A stretch of DNA of 64,000 nucleotides from Thermodesulfobacteriota bacterium (GTDB taxonomy: Bacteria > Desulfobacterota > Desulfobulbia > Desulfobulbales > SURF-16). The position numbers were made by a program, and so were the translations under genes. Location of the stretch: assembly GCA_039715015.1 (NCBI GenBank), contig JBDLIE010000011.1, forward strand, positions 1,843 through 65,842, given 5' to 3'. The notes below the pieces were generated by a model. That model was given only the letters and a program-made list of their open reading frames with translations. It was not told where the DNA came from and did not search any database. Position 1 is the stretch's first letter. Each line of letters opens with the position of its first letter. Shown in pieces: positions 46,289 to 54,599 of this stretch.

Positions 46289-47068
46289 ATGACTTCCATG
46301 AAAAAACTCTTTTTTTTCACCACAGAGACATTCTTTTCAATACCCCCTCGAGGGGTACAGAGGCATTCTTTTCAATACCCCCTTGAGGGGTACAGAGGTT
46401 TGAAATCTTTTCTGGTACTCATTTTTGGGTCTTTGTGCCTCTGTGGTGAAATTTTTTGTCCTTTTATCACCAGGGCAGACGAGGGGCGTCTCCTTGAGCA
46501 GGCCGAGGCCCAGGACGTCCTGCAGCGCATCAAAGAAAGCCAGGCAGACCTCACTACCATCACCGCTTCCTTTGTTGAAGAACGGCGCATCGCTGTCCTG
46601 GCCAACCCCCTTGTTTTTTCGGGGAAGGTCTATGTTGAACCGGAAGATTTTCTTTTCCTTCAATATGAGAAGCCCCTGCGTCATATAATGAAGATGGCAG
46701 GAGACAGCGTGCTTTTTTTTGTTGAAGACTCTGAAACGGCTGATATGGTTGATCTTGCCGGAGCCCAGGAAAGAGGGCAGCGGCCTGATCTTTTTAACTG
46801 GTCGCCAAAGAATTTTCAGGGTGAAGTGCGCGAGGTAAAGGATGGCTATTTGCTTGTCGACCCGAACGCCAGCGCTGGTAGCCGGCAGGTACGGGTTGTT
46901 GTCGACAAGAGTACTCTGGTGGTACGCCATATCCTTCTTGTTGACGAGTCGGGCGATGAGACCAGGATCACTCTTTCAGATGTCCGGCTTAATGAAGAAA
47001 TTTCAGAACATATTCGCAACTATGCGCTGCCGCAAGGTGTGCGTGTCCATAAACTAAACCAGCCATGA
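46289..47068 (+). CDS. LolA-like lipid/lipoprotein carrier family protein
   Basis: ITASFVEERRIAVLANPLVFSGKVYVEPEDFLFLQYEKP fits the LolA-like pattern seen in aryl polyene clusters. The 5' end is uncertain: codons 14-37 are a tandem DNA repeat, and an in-frame TTG at 46400 would give the signal peptide MKSFLVLIFGSLCLCG. Confidence 0.7.
   Translation: MTSMKKLFFFTTETFFSIPPRGVQRHSFQYPLEGYRGLKSFLVLIFGSLCLCGEIFCPFITRADEGRLLEQAEAQDVLQRIKESQADLTTITASFVEERRIAVLANPLVFSGKVYVEPEDFLFLQYEKPLRHIMKMAGDSVLFFVEDSETADMVDLAGAQERGQRPDLFNWSPKNFQGEVREVKDGYLLVDPNASAGSRQVRVVVDKSTLVVRHILLVDESGDETRITLSDVRLNEEISEHIRNYALPQGVRVHKLNQP
46329..46398. repeat. Tandem 35-nt repeat (2 copies), each containing a palindrome
   Basis: cattcttttcaataccccctcgaggggtacagagg (46329-46363) and cattcttttcaatacccccttgaggggtacagagg (46364-46398) differ at 1 position. 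The core palindrome is tacccc-N-ggggta. Confidence 0.75.
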
Positions 47069-49383
47069 GTTCAGTTCAACCCAGAGAAGCAGCCATCATC
47101 GGCATGGGAGCGATTACTCCAGCCGGCTCCGGAGTTAAGGCCTTTGCCAAAGCCCTTTTTGCCGGTGAGTCGCAGTTTGCTGATATTTCTCTTTTTGATG
47201 CCTCCGGTCATCGAACCGGGGTGGGGGCGGAGCTTGTTCTTCCAGACTATCATCCCTGCAGGCTTGATGAGAAGCTCCTGGGCCGCACTGATATTGTTGG
47301 TCTTGCCGCTGCCCATGAGGCCCTGAACCAGGCCGGACTCCTCGATGCTGAGGGCCGGGTAACTGCCGGAGCCAAGACCGCTCTGGTCTGTGCTACGGCA
47401 GGTGGGGCAATCCTTGGTCTGGAGGCCTTTTTTCGTCATCGTCATTACGGCGAATCGGCTGACTCCCGTCAGCTTCTCACCTCTTTTTGCCTCTCAGCCC
47501 TAGCCACCAATATTGCCAAGGAATTTCAGATCAGCGGTCCGCGGACCACCACTGCCACTGTCTGTTCATCCAGCGGTGTGTCTATGGCAGTGGGCCTTGA
47601 GATGCTCAGGGAAAGATCGGATATCGACTATGTAGTGGTTGCCGCCTCTGAGGCCCTCTGCGAGGTTACCCACGGCGGCTTTAATGCCCTGCGCTCCGTG
47701 GCCCCTGATTGCTGTCGGCCTTTTGCCGAGGATCGACAGGGCCTTGTCTTGGGCGAGGCGGGCAGTGCCCTGGTCCTCTGTCGCCCAGATAAAGCTGGCA
47801 AAGAGGCGCCCTGTTTTTCCGGCTATGGCCTGAGTACGGATCTCTACCATTTTACCGCTCCTGATCCAAAGGGTGGGGCCAGCCGCTTTACCCTTGAGGA
47901 GGCCCTGGCAGATGGCCAGGCTCTGCCCGCAGAGATAGATTACATCAATTGCCATGGTACAGGGACGCCAAAAAATGACGAGGCCGAGGTTCAGGGTATA
48001 AAGAATACCCTGGGAGAACGGAGTAAAGAGATCCCCCTTTCTTCGACAAAGTCGATGTTTGGCCACACCCTTGGGGCTGCCAGCTTACTGGAGGCCATTG
48101 CCACAGTGCTTGCTTTGGACAAACAGGCAGCCCCTCCCACCGCCCACCTCCATAACCAAGACCCGGAGCTTGATCTTAATTTTACTCCTCTGGCCAGCCA
48201 GCCAGCTCCGATCAAAACGGCCCTGTCTAACTCCTTTGCCTTTGGCGGTTCCAACGTCTCTCTGGTCTTGAAGAAGAGCTGTTCGCGTCAACAGGGTGGG
48301 AAAAAGGAGCAAGGTGCGCATGCCGTTATTACGGGCATTGGTATTGTTTCTCCTTTGGGTGTGGGCTGCCAGTCCTTTATTAAATCGCTGGATCAAGGTG
48401 ACTCCGGGTTGTGCTCCTTTGCTGAGTTTGGTGAGGAGTGGCAGGAATATCAAGGTGGAATTGTTGATATGGCAGCTGTTCGCCAAGGCATTGAGCCGCG
48501 GCGCCGTAGGCGTCTCAACCGCCTTGGCTCGTTTCTCACCGTAGCCGTTAACGAAGCTCTGGCCCAGGCGGGCCTAGTTGGCGAGGACCTCAATGATGCC
48601 CATCTGGCTTATGGCTCTGCCTTTGGCTGTTCCAGTAATGTCCATAATTTTTACACCCAGCTCCTCAATCACGGTGCCACAGCAGCCTCTCCACAGGATT
48701 TCATGTTGTCGGTGACCAATGCCCCGGCTGCCTTGGTGGCTCAGCACCTTGGGGTGCAAGGGCCGGTCTGGGTCTTTGTCGAGGATGAGGTGTCCTGGGA
48801 GGTCTCCCTTCACTGGGCTGTCCAGCTTATTGAAACAGGCCGGGCCAAGCGGGTGATTGTTGCTGCCGCCGATGAGATCAGCGACTCCATTATCGCCATC
48901 CATGGCGCCTTGGGTTTTCTTGATCAGCCCGGTTATCATCTTGGAGAAGGGGCGGTGGCCATGGTTCTTGAGGGCGAAGAGGAGGCGGAGAGGAGGGCTG
49001 TCTCCCCTTTGGGCGTTGTTGGCAGCTGTCTTTCCTCCCAAGATGTGAGCTGTGACCCCATGACCTTCAGCAGGGACGCTGGCCTGATTGCTCAGTCGGT
49101 GCAGAACTGTCTCGGTGATAGAGAAAGGGCTTCCCTGGAGATCTTTGGTCCGGAAAACGGTATTGTTGACGAGGTGGCCCGGCAAGCTCTGGATGGTGTG
49201 TTGTCAGGCGATTCGGGGAAAAATGTTATCCGTTCCAGGGCCGGTGATTCCGGTCTTGGCGGTGGACTGGCCCTGGCCGCAGGTCTGCTGTCCAGTCAAG
49301 ACATTAATCAGGTGCTGACTCTTTCCATGGGCCGGGGAGGGGTACAGGCGACAACTTTGGTTGAACGGAGAGGTGGCCAGTGA
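47065..49383 (+). CDS. Fused double ketosynthase: N-terminal active KS plus C-terminal degenerate KS/CLF-like domain
   Basis: 772 aa. The N-terminal half has ATVCSSS, HFTAPD and NCHGTGT. The C-terminal half (from HAVITGIGIVSPLG) has a thiolase fold but no HGTGT-type His motifs. Confidence 0.85.
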   Translation: MSSVQPREAAIIGMGAITPAGSGVKAFAKALFAGESQFADISLFDASGHRTGVGAELVLPDYHPCRLDEKLLGRTDIVGLAAAHEALNQAGLLDAEGRVTAGAKTALVCATAGGAILGLEAFFRHRHYGESADSRQLLTSFCLSALATNIAKEFQISGPRTTTATVCSSSGVSMAVGLEMLRERSDIDYVVVAASEALCEVTHGGFNALRSVAPDCCRPFAEDRQGLVLGEAGSALVLCRPDKAGKEAPCFSGYGLSTDLYHFTAPDPKGGASRFTLEEALADGQALPAEIDYINCHGTGTPKNDEAEVQGIKNTLGERSKEIPLSSTKSMFGHTLGAASLLEAIATVLALDKQAAPPTAHLHNQDPELDLNFTPLASQPAPIKTALSNSFAFGGSNVSLVLKKSCSRQQGGKKEQGAHAVITGIGIVSPLGVGCQSFIKSLDQGDSGLCSFAEFGEEWQEYQGGIVDMAAVRQGIEPRRRRRLNRLGSFLTVAVNEALAQAGLVGEDLNDAHLAYGSAFGCSSNVHNFYTQLLNHGATAASPQDFMLSVTNAPAALVAQHLGVQGPVWVFVEDEVSWEVSLHWAVQLIETGRAKRVIVAAADEISDSIIAIHGALGFLDQPGYHLGEGAVAMVLEGEEEAERRAVSPLGVVGSCLSSQDVSCDPMTFSRDAGLIAQSVQNCLGDRERASLEIFGPENGIVDEVARQALDGVLSGDSGKNVIRSRAGDSGLGGGLALAAGLLSSQDINQVLTLSMGRGGVQATTLVERRGGQ

Positions 49384-50819
49384 CAACGGATGTGATCGTC
49401 ATTGGTGGCGGCCTTGCCGGTCTCAGCACAGCCGCCCTTCTTGCCAACAAGGGCCGGAAGGTGCTGCTGCTTGAGAAAAATCAGCGCCTCGGTGGTTATG
49501 CCACGAGCTACACCAGTCATGGCCATCGTTTTGATATTGCCACCCAGGCCCTGGGCGGCTGCGGTGAGGGAGGGGTGGTTCACTCCATCCTTGTCGAGCT
49601 TGGTATTGCCGAGCAGATACGTTTTCTGGCCTGTGAGCCTGCTCGTATGTATTATCTGCCGGATGGCAAAACCTATATTCAACACGGTTTTCTCCGGGCC
49701 CAGCAGGAGGAACTGAAAAAGGCTTTTCCCGCATTTCTAAGGGAGATTGATCGTTGTTTTGCAGTCTGGCAAAATCTTTTTGAAGAGCTTGAGACCATCG
49801 CCACAAAGCCTGGCGGCGAGGTGGCATTTCAGTTTGCCCGCAGTTTTCCAAATCTGGCCCGCTACAGCAGAACAACGGTTCAGCAGTTCTTCAATGAACT
49901 TGCCATCCCACAAGCGCTGCAGGTTCGCCTGGCTTGCCGGGCAGGCTATTGTATGTTGCCCCTGCATCGCTTGTCCCTGGTGGCCTTTGCCTGCACGGAG
50001 ATGAGCTTTGCCAGCGGCGCCTGGATGGTTGAGGGCGGGGTGAGCCGCTTGGCCGATGTTCTGCGGAACTATATTGTTGAACAGGGCGGTGAAGTAAGGG
50101 CGCGAAGTCGGGTGACCTCCCTTGTCTCTGAGCATGAGAGGCTGGTTGGGGTGGAGGTCAGTGGTGAAAAAATATCCTGCAAGCAGGTCGTGTTGGCCTG
50201 TGATGGCAGCGATTTGTTGAGGGGGTTGCCAGGCCTTTCTGACAAATATCTGAGCAGACGAGGCTCTTTTGAAAAGAGCGGCTCCTATTTTATCAGCTAT
50301 TATCAAGTGGCCAAAGATGCTGTTCATGGTCTCGCTCCAAACATCGAGGTCTGGCCTGGTCAGGAAAGTAAGCTTGCCGGAAAGGAAAATGTCGGGGTAT
50401 ATTACCTGCTCATTCCTTCCCTGGTTGATCCTGGTTCGGCACCAGAGGGATACCATTCTTTTTGCTTGAGCGTGCCTCTGGCAGCAGGAGTGTCCCCCGC
50501 AGCTTCTGAGCGCCGCCGCCTTCGGCAGCAATTGGAAAAAGAGGTTGAGGCCCAATTCCCTACTCTTAAGGGTAAACTTCGCTTTCTCTTTGAACTTGCT
50601 CCGGAGCATCTGCAGCTCATGACGGCAAACCCCAGCGGCTCTGCCTATGGCTGGGCCCAGACGCCGGAGCAGGCTGGTATCCACCGCTTAAGCATTAAGA
50701 CAGCGGTGGAGAACCTTTATTTGGCCGGGCACTGGACCATGCCCGGTGGCGGTATTGCCGCGGTAATGACCTCAGGTCGTCTCTGCGCCCAGGCTGTGTT
50801 AGAAGTAGAAGGGAAGTGA
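49380..50819 (+). CDS. FAD-dependent oxidoreductase, phytoene desaturase (CrtI) family
   Basis: VIVIGGGLAGLSTAALLANKGRKVLLLEKNQRLGG, with C-terminal LYLAGHWTMPGGGIAAVMTSG. 479 aa. Confidence 0.85.
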   Translation: MTTDVIVIGGGLAGLSTAALLANKGRKVLLLEKNQRLGGYATSYTSHGHRFDIATQALGGCGEGGVVHSILVELGIAEQIRFLACEPARMYYLPDGKTYIQHGFLRAQQEELKKAFPAFLREIDRCFAVWQNLFEELETIATKPGGEVAFQFARSFPNLARYSRTTVQQFFNELAIPQALQVRLACRAGYCMLPLHRLSLVAFACTEMSFASGAWMVEGGVSRLADVLRNYIVEQGGEVRARSRVTSLVSEHERLVGVEVSGEKISCKQVVLACDGSDLLRGLPGLSDKYLSRRGSFEKSGSYFISYYQVAKDAVHGLAPNIEVWPGQESKLAGKENVGVYYLLIPSLVDPGSAPEGYHSFCLSVPLAAGVSPAASERRRLRQQLEKEVEAQFPTLKGKLRFLFELAPEHLQLMTANPSGSAYGWAQTPEQAGIHRLSIKTAVENLYLAGHWTMPGGGIAAVMTSGRLCAQAVLEVEGK

Positions 50820-50825
50820 TTTTTT

Positions 50826-50888
50826 GGCCACGGAACCCACGGAACTTTCGGAAAAAACCAAGAAAAATTTCTCAGTGGATTCCGTGGC
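50826..50888. repeat. Structured intercistronic repeat element (ccacggaa family), copy 2
   Basis: ggccacggaacccacggaa (50826-50844) matches cagtggattccgtggc (50873-50888) at 14 of 16 positions when complemented. It shares the 15-nt string gtggattccgtggct with the reverse complement of copy 1. Confidence 0.65.
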
Positions 50889-50931
50889 TCTTTAATACGT
50901 AAATTTGATAAACGATTTCTAAGACGAGAAA

Positions 50932-52476
50932 ATGGCAAAGAATACAACGTTAAAATTTCTGCTCATCGATCCTCCCCACCGCATCTGGGATATTCTCAAG
51001 GCCTGGATTCCCAGCCCCGGCTGTTTGCAGCTGGCCGCCTATCTTGAGGATTATTTCCAGATCGATTTCATGGACTGCACCTTAAATAAAAATCCCTGGC
51101 ATGATCTGGAGAAAAAGCTGCGGGAGGAAAAGCCGGATGTCGTTGGTATTTCTATCGGCTGCACCTATTTCACCTATGACGGTTATAACGCTGCTTCCTT
51201 GGTGCGGGACGTGCTGCCGGATGCCATTATCCAGGTAGGCGGCGCCCATCCCACCTTAAACGCCGAAGAGTGTTTTCGGGAATGTCCTGATATCGATTAT
51301 ATCTGTATGGGGGAAGGGGAGCATACCACCCGTGAGTTTCTGGAGAATATTGCTGACGGCAACCCAGACTTTTCCCATATCAAGGGCCTGGCCTATCGTG
51401 ATCCCAACAGTGATGGAATCATTATTACGGACAAGCGGCCACTCATTGAGGATCTCGATTCCCTGCCTATTCCTGCCTACCACCTGGTGGATATGGAGCA
51501 CCCCTACATTGGGCTGCCTTCCGAAGGTAAACGAGCCTTTCTGGTTAATTTTGCCCGCGGTTGCGGATATCGCTGTAAATTTTGTTCCGAGTCAAAGTTC
51601 TGGGACCGCAAGTGGCGGGGCCGTTGCCCTGAACTGATCGGTGAAGAGCTTGAATTGCTTAAGAAAAAGTATAACCGTGACACCTTTTATGTGGGCGATA
51701 ATATCTTCAACTTCACCCGGGAGCGCTCCAAGGGCTTTATTGCCGAGATGAAGAAACGTCAGCTGGGCCAGAATTTCTGGCTCCAGAGCCGGGCTGATAT
51801 TGTTGTCCGTGATGAAGACCTCATGACCGGCTTTAAAGAGGCTGGTGTGTACCAGTTTATGATCGGTGTTGAGTATTCGGAGCAGGAGGTCTTAAACACC
51901 CTGGACAAGGATATCTCCATGGCCACGGTGGAAAAGGCCATGCAGATTCTCAAGAAGCATGAGTTTATGATCATGGCCACCCTGATGATCGGCCATTGGG
52001 ATGAGACCAAGGAGGATCGCCAGAAGCTCTTTGATTTCTGTACCAAATATGTCAATCATTTCGGCCTCAATGTGGTCACTCCCTTGCCTGGCACCGAGTT
52101 CCATCAGGAAATGAAGGAGCTTGGCCGCATCAAGAACGAGGATTACCGGAAGTTCGATTATATCCAGGCCATTATGCCCACCAAGGAGATCCATGATCTT
52201 GATAAGATCACAGAATTACACCTCGGCATGATCCGTAAGTTCTACTGGCGGCCCATTGAGCTGTGGCGCATGTTTTTCTCCAAGAATAAGATATTACGCC
52301 ATCATCACCGTTACTTCATGAAGTACGGTTTTGAGGTCATGCAGCATGAGGTTTTTGGCAAACCCCTTTGGGTCCAGGATAATTTCCAGACCTTTGAGAG
52401 TTTCCTGCGGGAGCGTGGCAAGCCCATTCACGGTAGTTTCAGCGGTTTTGAGCCGGATGAGACGGTGGAGGTTTAA
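50932..52476 (+). CDS. B12-binding-domain radical SAM enzyme (subfamily A)
   Basis: The CxxxCxxC motif is RGCGYRCKFCSES. The N-terminus KFLLIDPPHRIWDILKAWIPSPGCLQLAAYLE parallels 19854..21320. The shared C-terminal motif is WVQDNFQ. Confidence 0.9.
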   Translation: MAKNTTLKFLLIDPPHRIWDILKAWIPSPGCLQLAAYLEDYFQIDFMDCTLNKNPWHDLEKKLREEKPDVVGISIGCTYFTYDGYNAASLVRDVLPDAIIQVGGAHPTLNAEECFRECPDIDYICMGEGEHTTREFLENIADGNPDFSHIKGLAYRDPNSDGIIITDKRPLIEDLDSLPIPAYHLVDMEHPYIGLPSEGKRAFLVNFARGCGYRCKFCSESKFWDRKWRGRCPELIGEELELLKKKYNRDTFYVGDNIFNFTRERSKGFIAEMKKRQLGQNFWLQSRADIVVRDEDLMTGFKEAGVYQFMIGVEYSEQEVLNTLDKDISMATVEKAMQILKKHEFMIMATLMIGHWDETKEDRQKLFDFCTKYVNHFGLNVVTPLPGTEFHQEMKELGRIKNEDYRKFDYIQAIMPTKEIHDLDKITELHLGMIRKFYWRPIELWRMFFSKNKILRHHHRYFMKYGFEVMQHEVFGKPLWVQDNFQTFESFLRERGKPIHGSFSGFEPDETVEV

Positions 52477-52762
52477 AGAAGTTTACAGGGTGATAGTTTT
52501 TTAGGTGAGGGATTGAAGATAAACACTGGCGCTCGAAATGTCTTTAGTCCCTTTTTGTTTGCCCAAAAAGGAACGCAAAAAGGGCACCCCTAACAGCCCT
52601 GGCCTTCGGCACCACACGCTTTCCGCCGTGCAAGGGGCATTGTGGAAACTCACGAAGTTTATACCCCCTTGCGGGGTGCTCAAACAGTTCACAACGCTTT
52701 TCCTTTTATCTGCTCCCTGCTCGTTCAGGGCTGAATGGGGATTATTAAAGGAAGACGATTGA

Positions 52763-53143
52763 TTAGTTTGTTGCCAGTAGACGCTTGTAAGTCTCTTTCC
52801 ACTCCTTGGCCGTGGCCAGGGCCTGACCACGGCGGAGGAAGACCCTGATTTCGCAGGAGACCATGCATAGCTCATTTTTGTCGTTTAGATAATCGACCTG
52901 GACCACGTAGAAGATTGAGCTGTAGGTCTTTTTTTGAAAGGCACGCAGGTTGTTGATTCGGTCCATGGCCACCTTGAGCTGGATAGCCGCAGTATTTTTG
53001 GTGGCAGGAATATCGAGCTTAAAGCCTTCTTGGGTTAGAGTTGCCTTGCCAAGTTGCTGGCGTTCCGGCAGGCCCAGGGTGGAGGAGTGGAAGATGATTT
53101 TTGAGGTGATGGCAAGGGGTGACTTTGGCGCAAAAAAAGACAT
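52763..53143 (-). CDS. Hypothetical protein
   Basis: 126-aa ORF with AGGAG 5 nt upstream of the ATG. I recognise no family. Confidence 0.45.
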   Translation of the reverse strand: MSFFAPKSPLAITSKIIFHSSTLGLPERQQLGKATLTQEGFKLDIPATKNTAAIQLKVAMDRINNLRAFQKKTYSSIFYVVQVDYLNDKNELCMVSCEIRVFLRRGQALATAKEWKETYKRLLATN

Positions 53144-53201
53144 GCCTGCTCCTGGTTTGTAGAAAAAATAAATAAGTTCACCGGCTTAGGCCGATTTTAA
53201 T

Positions 53202-54599
53202 ATGCTCAGTAAATCCAACAAAAAAATTCTTTTTATCTCGCCGGCCAGAAACCGTGGACCGGATGAGGATTTTGTCTTCAAACTCAGCTTCCTTAACCTG
53301 CCTTATCTGGCGGCAGTGACACCGGCTGACTATGAGGTCGAGATTATAGACGAAGAGAAGGAGGTTATCAACTTTGATGATCACGTCTGGTTGGTTGCAC
53401 TCACCGCTCAGACACCCATTGCGCCGCGGGCCTATGAGGTGGCTGATGAGTTCAGGAAGAAGGGGGTGGCCACCGTTATGGGCGGCGTTCACGCCTCCAC
53501 CCTGCCTGATGAGGCCTTGGCCCATGTTGACTCGGTCATCATCGGTGAAGGAGAGTTTGTCTGGCAGGACCTCCTGGCCGATCTTGAAAAGGGTGCGCTC
53601 AAAGAACGCTATACAAGTGGTACCGACCACTCCCTGGCAGCACTGCCCTGGCCCCGCCGTGATCTCCTTAATCCCCGCCATTATATTCCCCTTACCCTTC
53701 TAGAAACCACGCGCGGCTGTCCCCACCAATGCGATTTCTGCGGGGTCTCCAAGTTTTTCGGCCATCGCTATCGCAAGCGGCCCATTGATGAGATCACGGA
53801 GGAGCTTGAGTCCTTATTCGGTGGTGGCTTTCGTCATGGTATCAGCCGTTTTCTGGCCAAACTGGGCCTTGATATGCCCTATTTTATCGAGCGCCGTCTC
53901 ATCTATTTTATCGATTCTAATTTTGCCGCTGATAAGAAATATGCCCTGGAGATTATGGAGGTGCTGGAGCGCCTCGATGTTAAGTGGTGGTGCCATGCCA
54001 CCGTTGATATCGCCCAGGATCAGGAGTTCTTGCAAAAAATGAATGATTCCGGCTGTCTGGCTGTGAATGTCGGCTTTGAATCATTGTCGCCGGAAAACCT
54101 GAAGACCATGCATAAGTCCTATGCGGCCCGTCATGATTATGCTGCTGCCATCAAGGCCTTTCATGATAATAACATCGGCGTTATGGGCACCTTTGTGGTG
54201 GGCTTTGACGACGAGGACAGCTCCATCTTCCGCCGGATCTTTGATTTTTCCATCGATAACCAGCTTGACTGGTCCCTGACCTTTATCAGGACCCCCTACC
54301 CAGGCACCAGCCTCTATAATCAGATGGAGGATGAGGGGCGCATCGCCGTCCGCGACTGGGAAAAATATGACACCCTGCACTGTGTATTCAAGCCAGGGAA
54401 GATGAGTGTTGTTGAGCTGGAAGAGGGGCTGAAATGCCTGTGGCGCTACACCTTCTCCCTGTCGTCCATCTATCGCCGCATTATCAAAGGGCCGCGGGTC
54501 CATCCTCTCTTTTATCTCGGCATGAATATGCAGTTCTTTCAGATGGTGCGCAAGTGGGTGACCTCCTATGACCCTTTTATCGACAAGGACAAAAGGTAA
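53202..54599 (+). CDS. B12-binding-domain radical SAM enzyme (subfamily B)
   Basis: The CxxxCxxC motif is RGCPHQCDFCGV. The N-terminal domain reads WLVALTAQTPIAPRAYEVADEFRKKGVATVMGGVHASTLPDEA. Confidence 0.9.
   Translation: MLSKSNKKILFISPARNRGPDEDFVFKLSFLNLPYLAAVTPADYEVEIIDEEKEVINFDDHVWLVALTAQTPIAPRAYEVADEFRKKGVATVMGGVHASTLPDEALAHVDSVIIGEGEFVWQDLLADLEKGALKERYTSGTDHSLAALPWPRRDLLNPRHYIPLTLLETTRGCPHQCDFCGVSKFFGHRYRKRPIDEITEELESLFGGGFRHGISRFLAKLGLDMPYFIERRLIYFIDSNFAADKKYALEIMEVLERLDVKWWCHATVDIAQDQEFLQKMNDSGCLAVNVGFESLSPENLKTMHKSYAARHDYAAAIKAFHDNNIGVMGTFVVGFDDEDSSIFRRIFDFSIDNQLDWSLTFIRTPYPGTSLYNQMEDEGRIAVRDWEKYDTLHCVFKPGKMSVVELEEGLKCLWRYTFSLSSIYRRIIKGPRVHPLFYLGMNMQFFQMVRKWVTSYDPFIDKDKR

Noticed and set aside
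52501-52875. ORFs 52501..52875 (-) and 52538..52762 (+) cover the spacer after the last plus-arm rSAM gene.
   Set aside because: They overlap each other and the repeat/hairpin region. Their translations are low-complexity. The minus ORF also overlaps the better-supported 52763..53143 gene in another frame.
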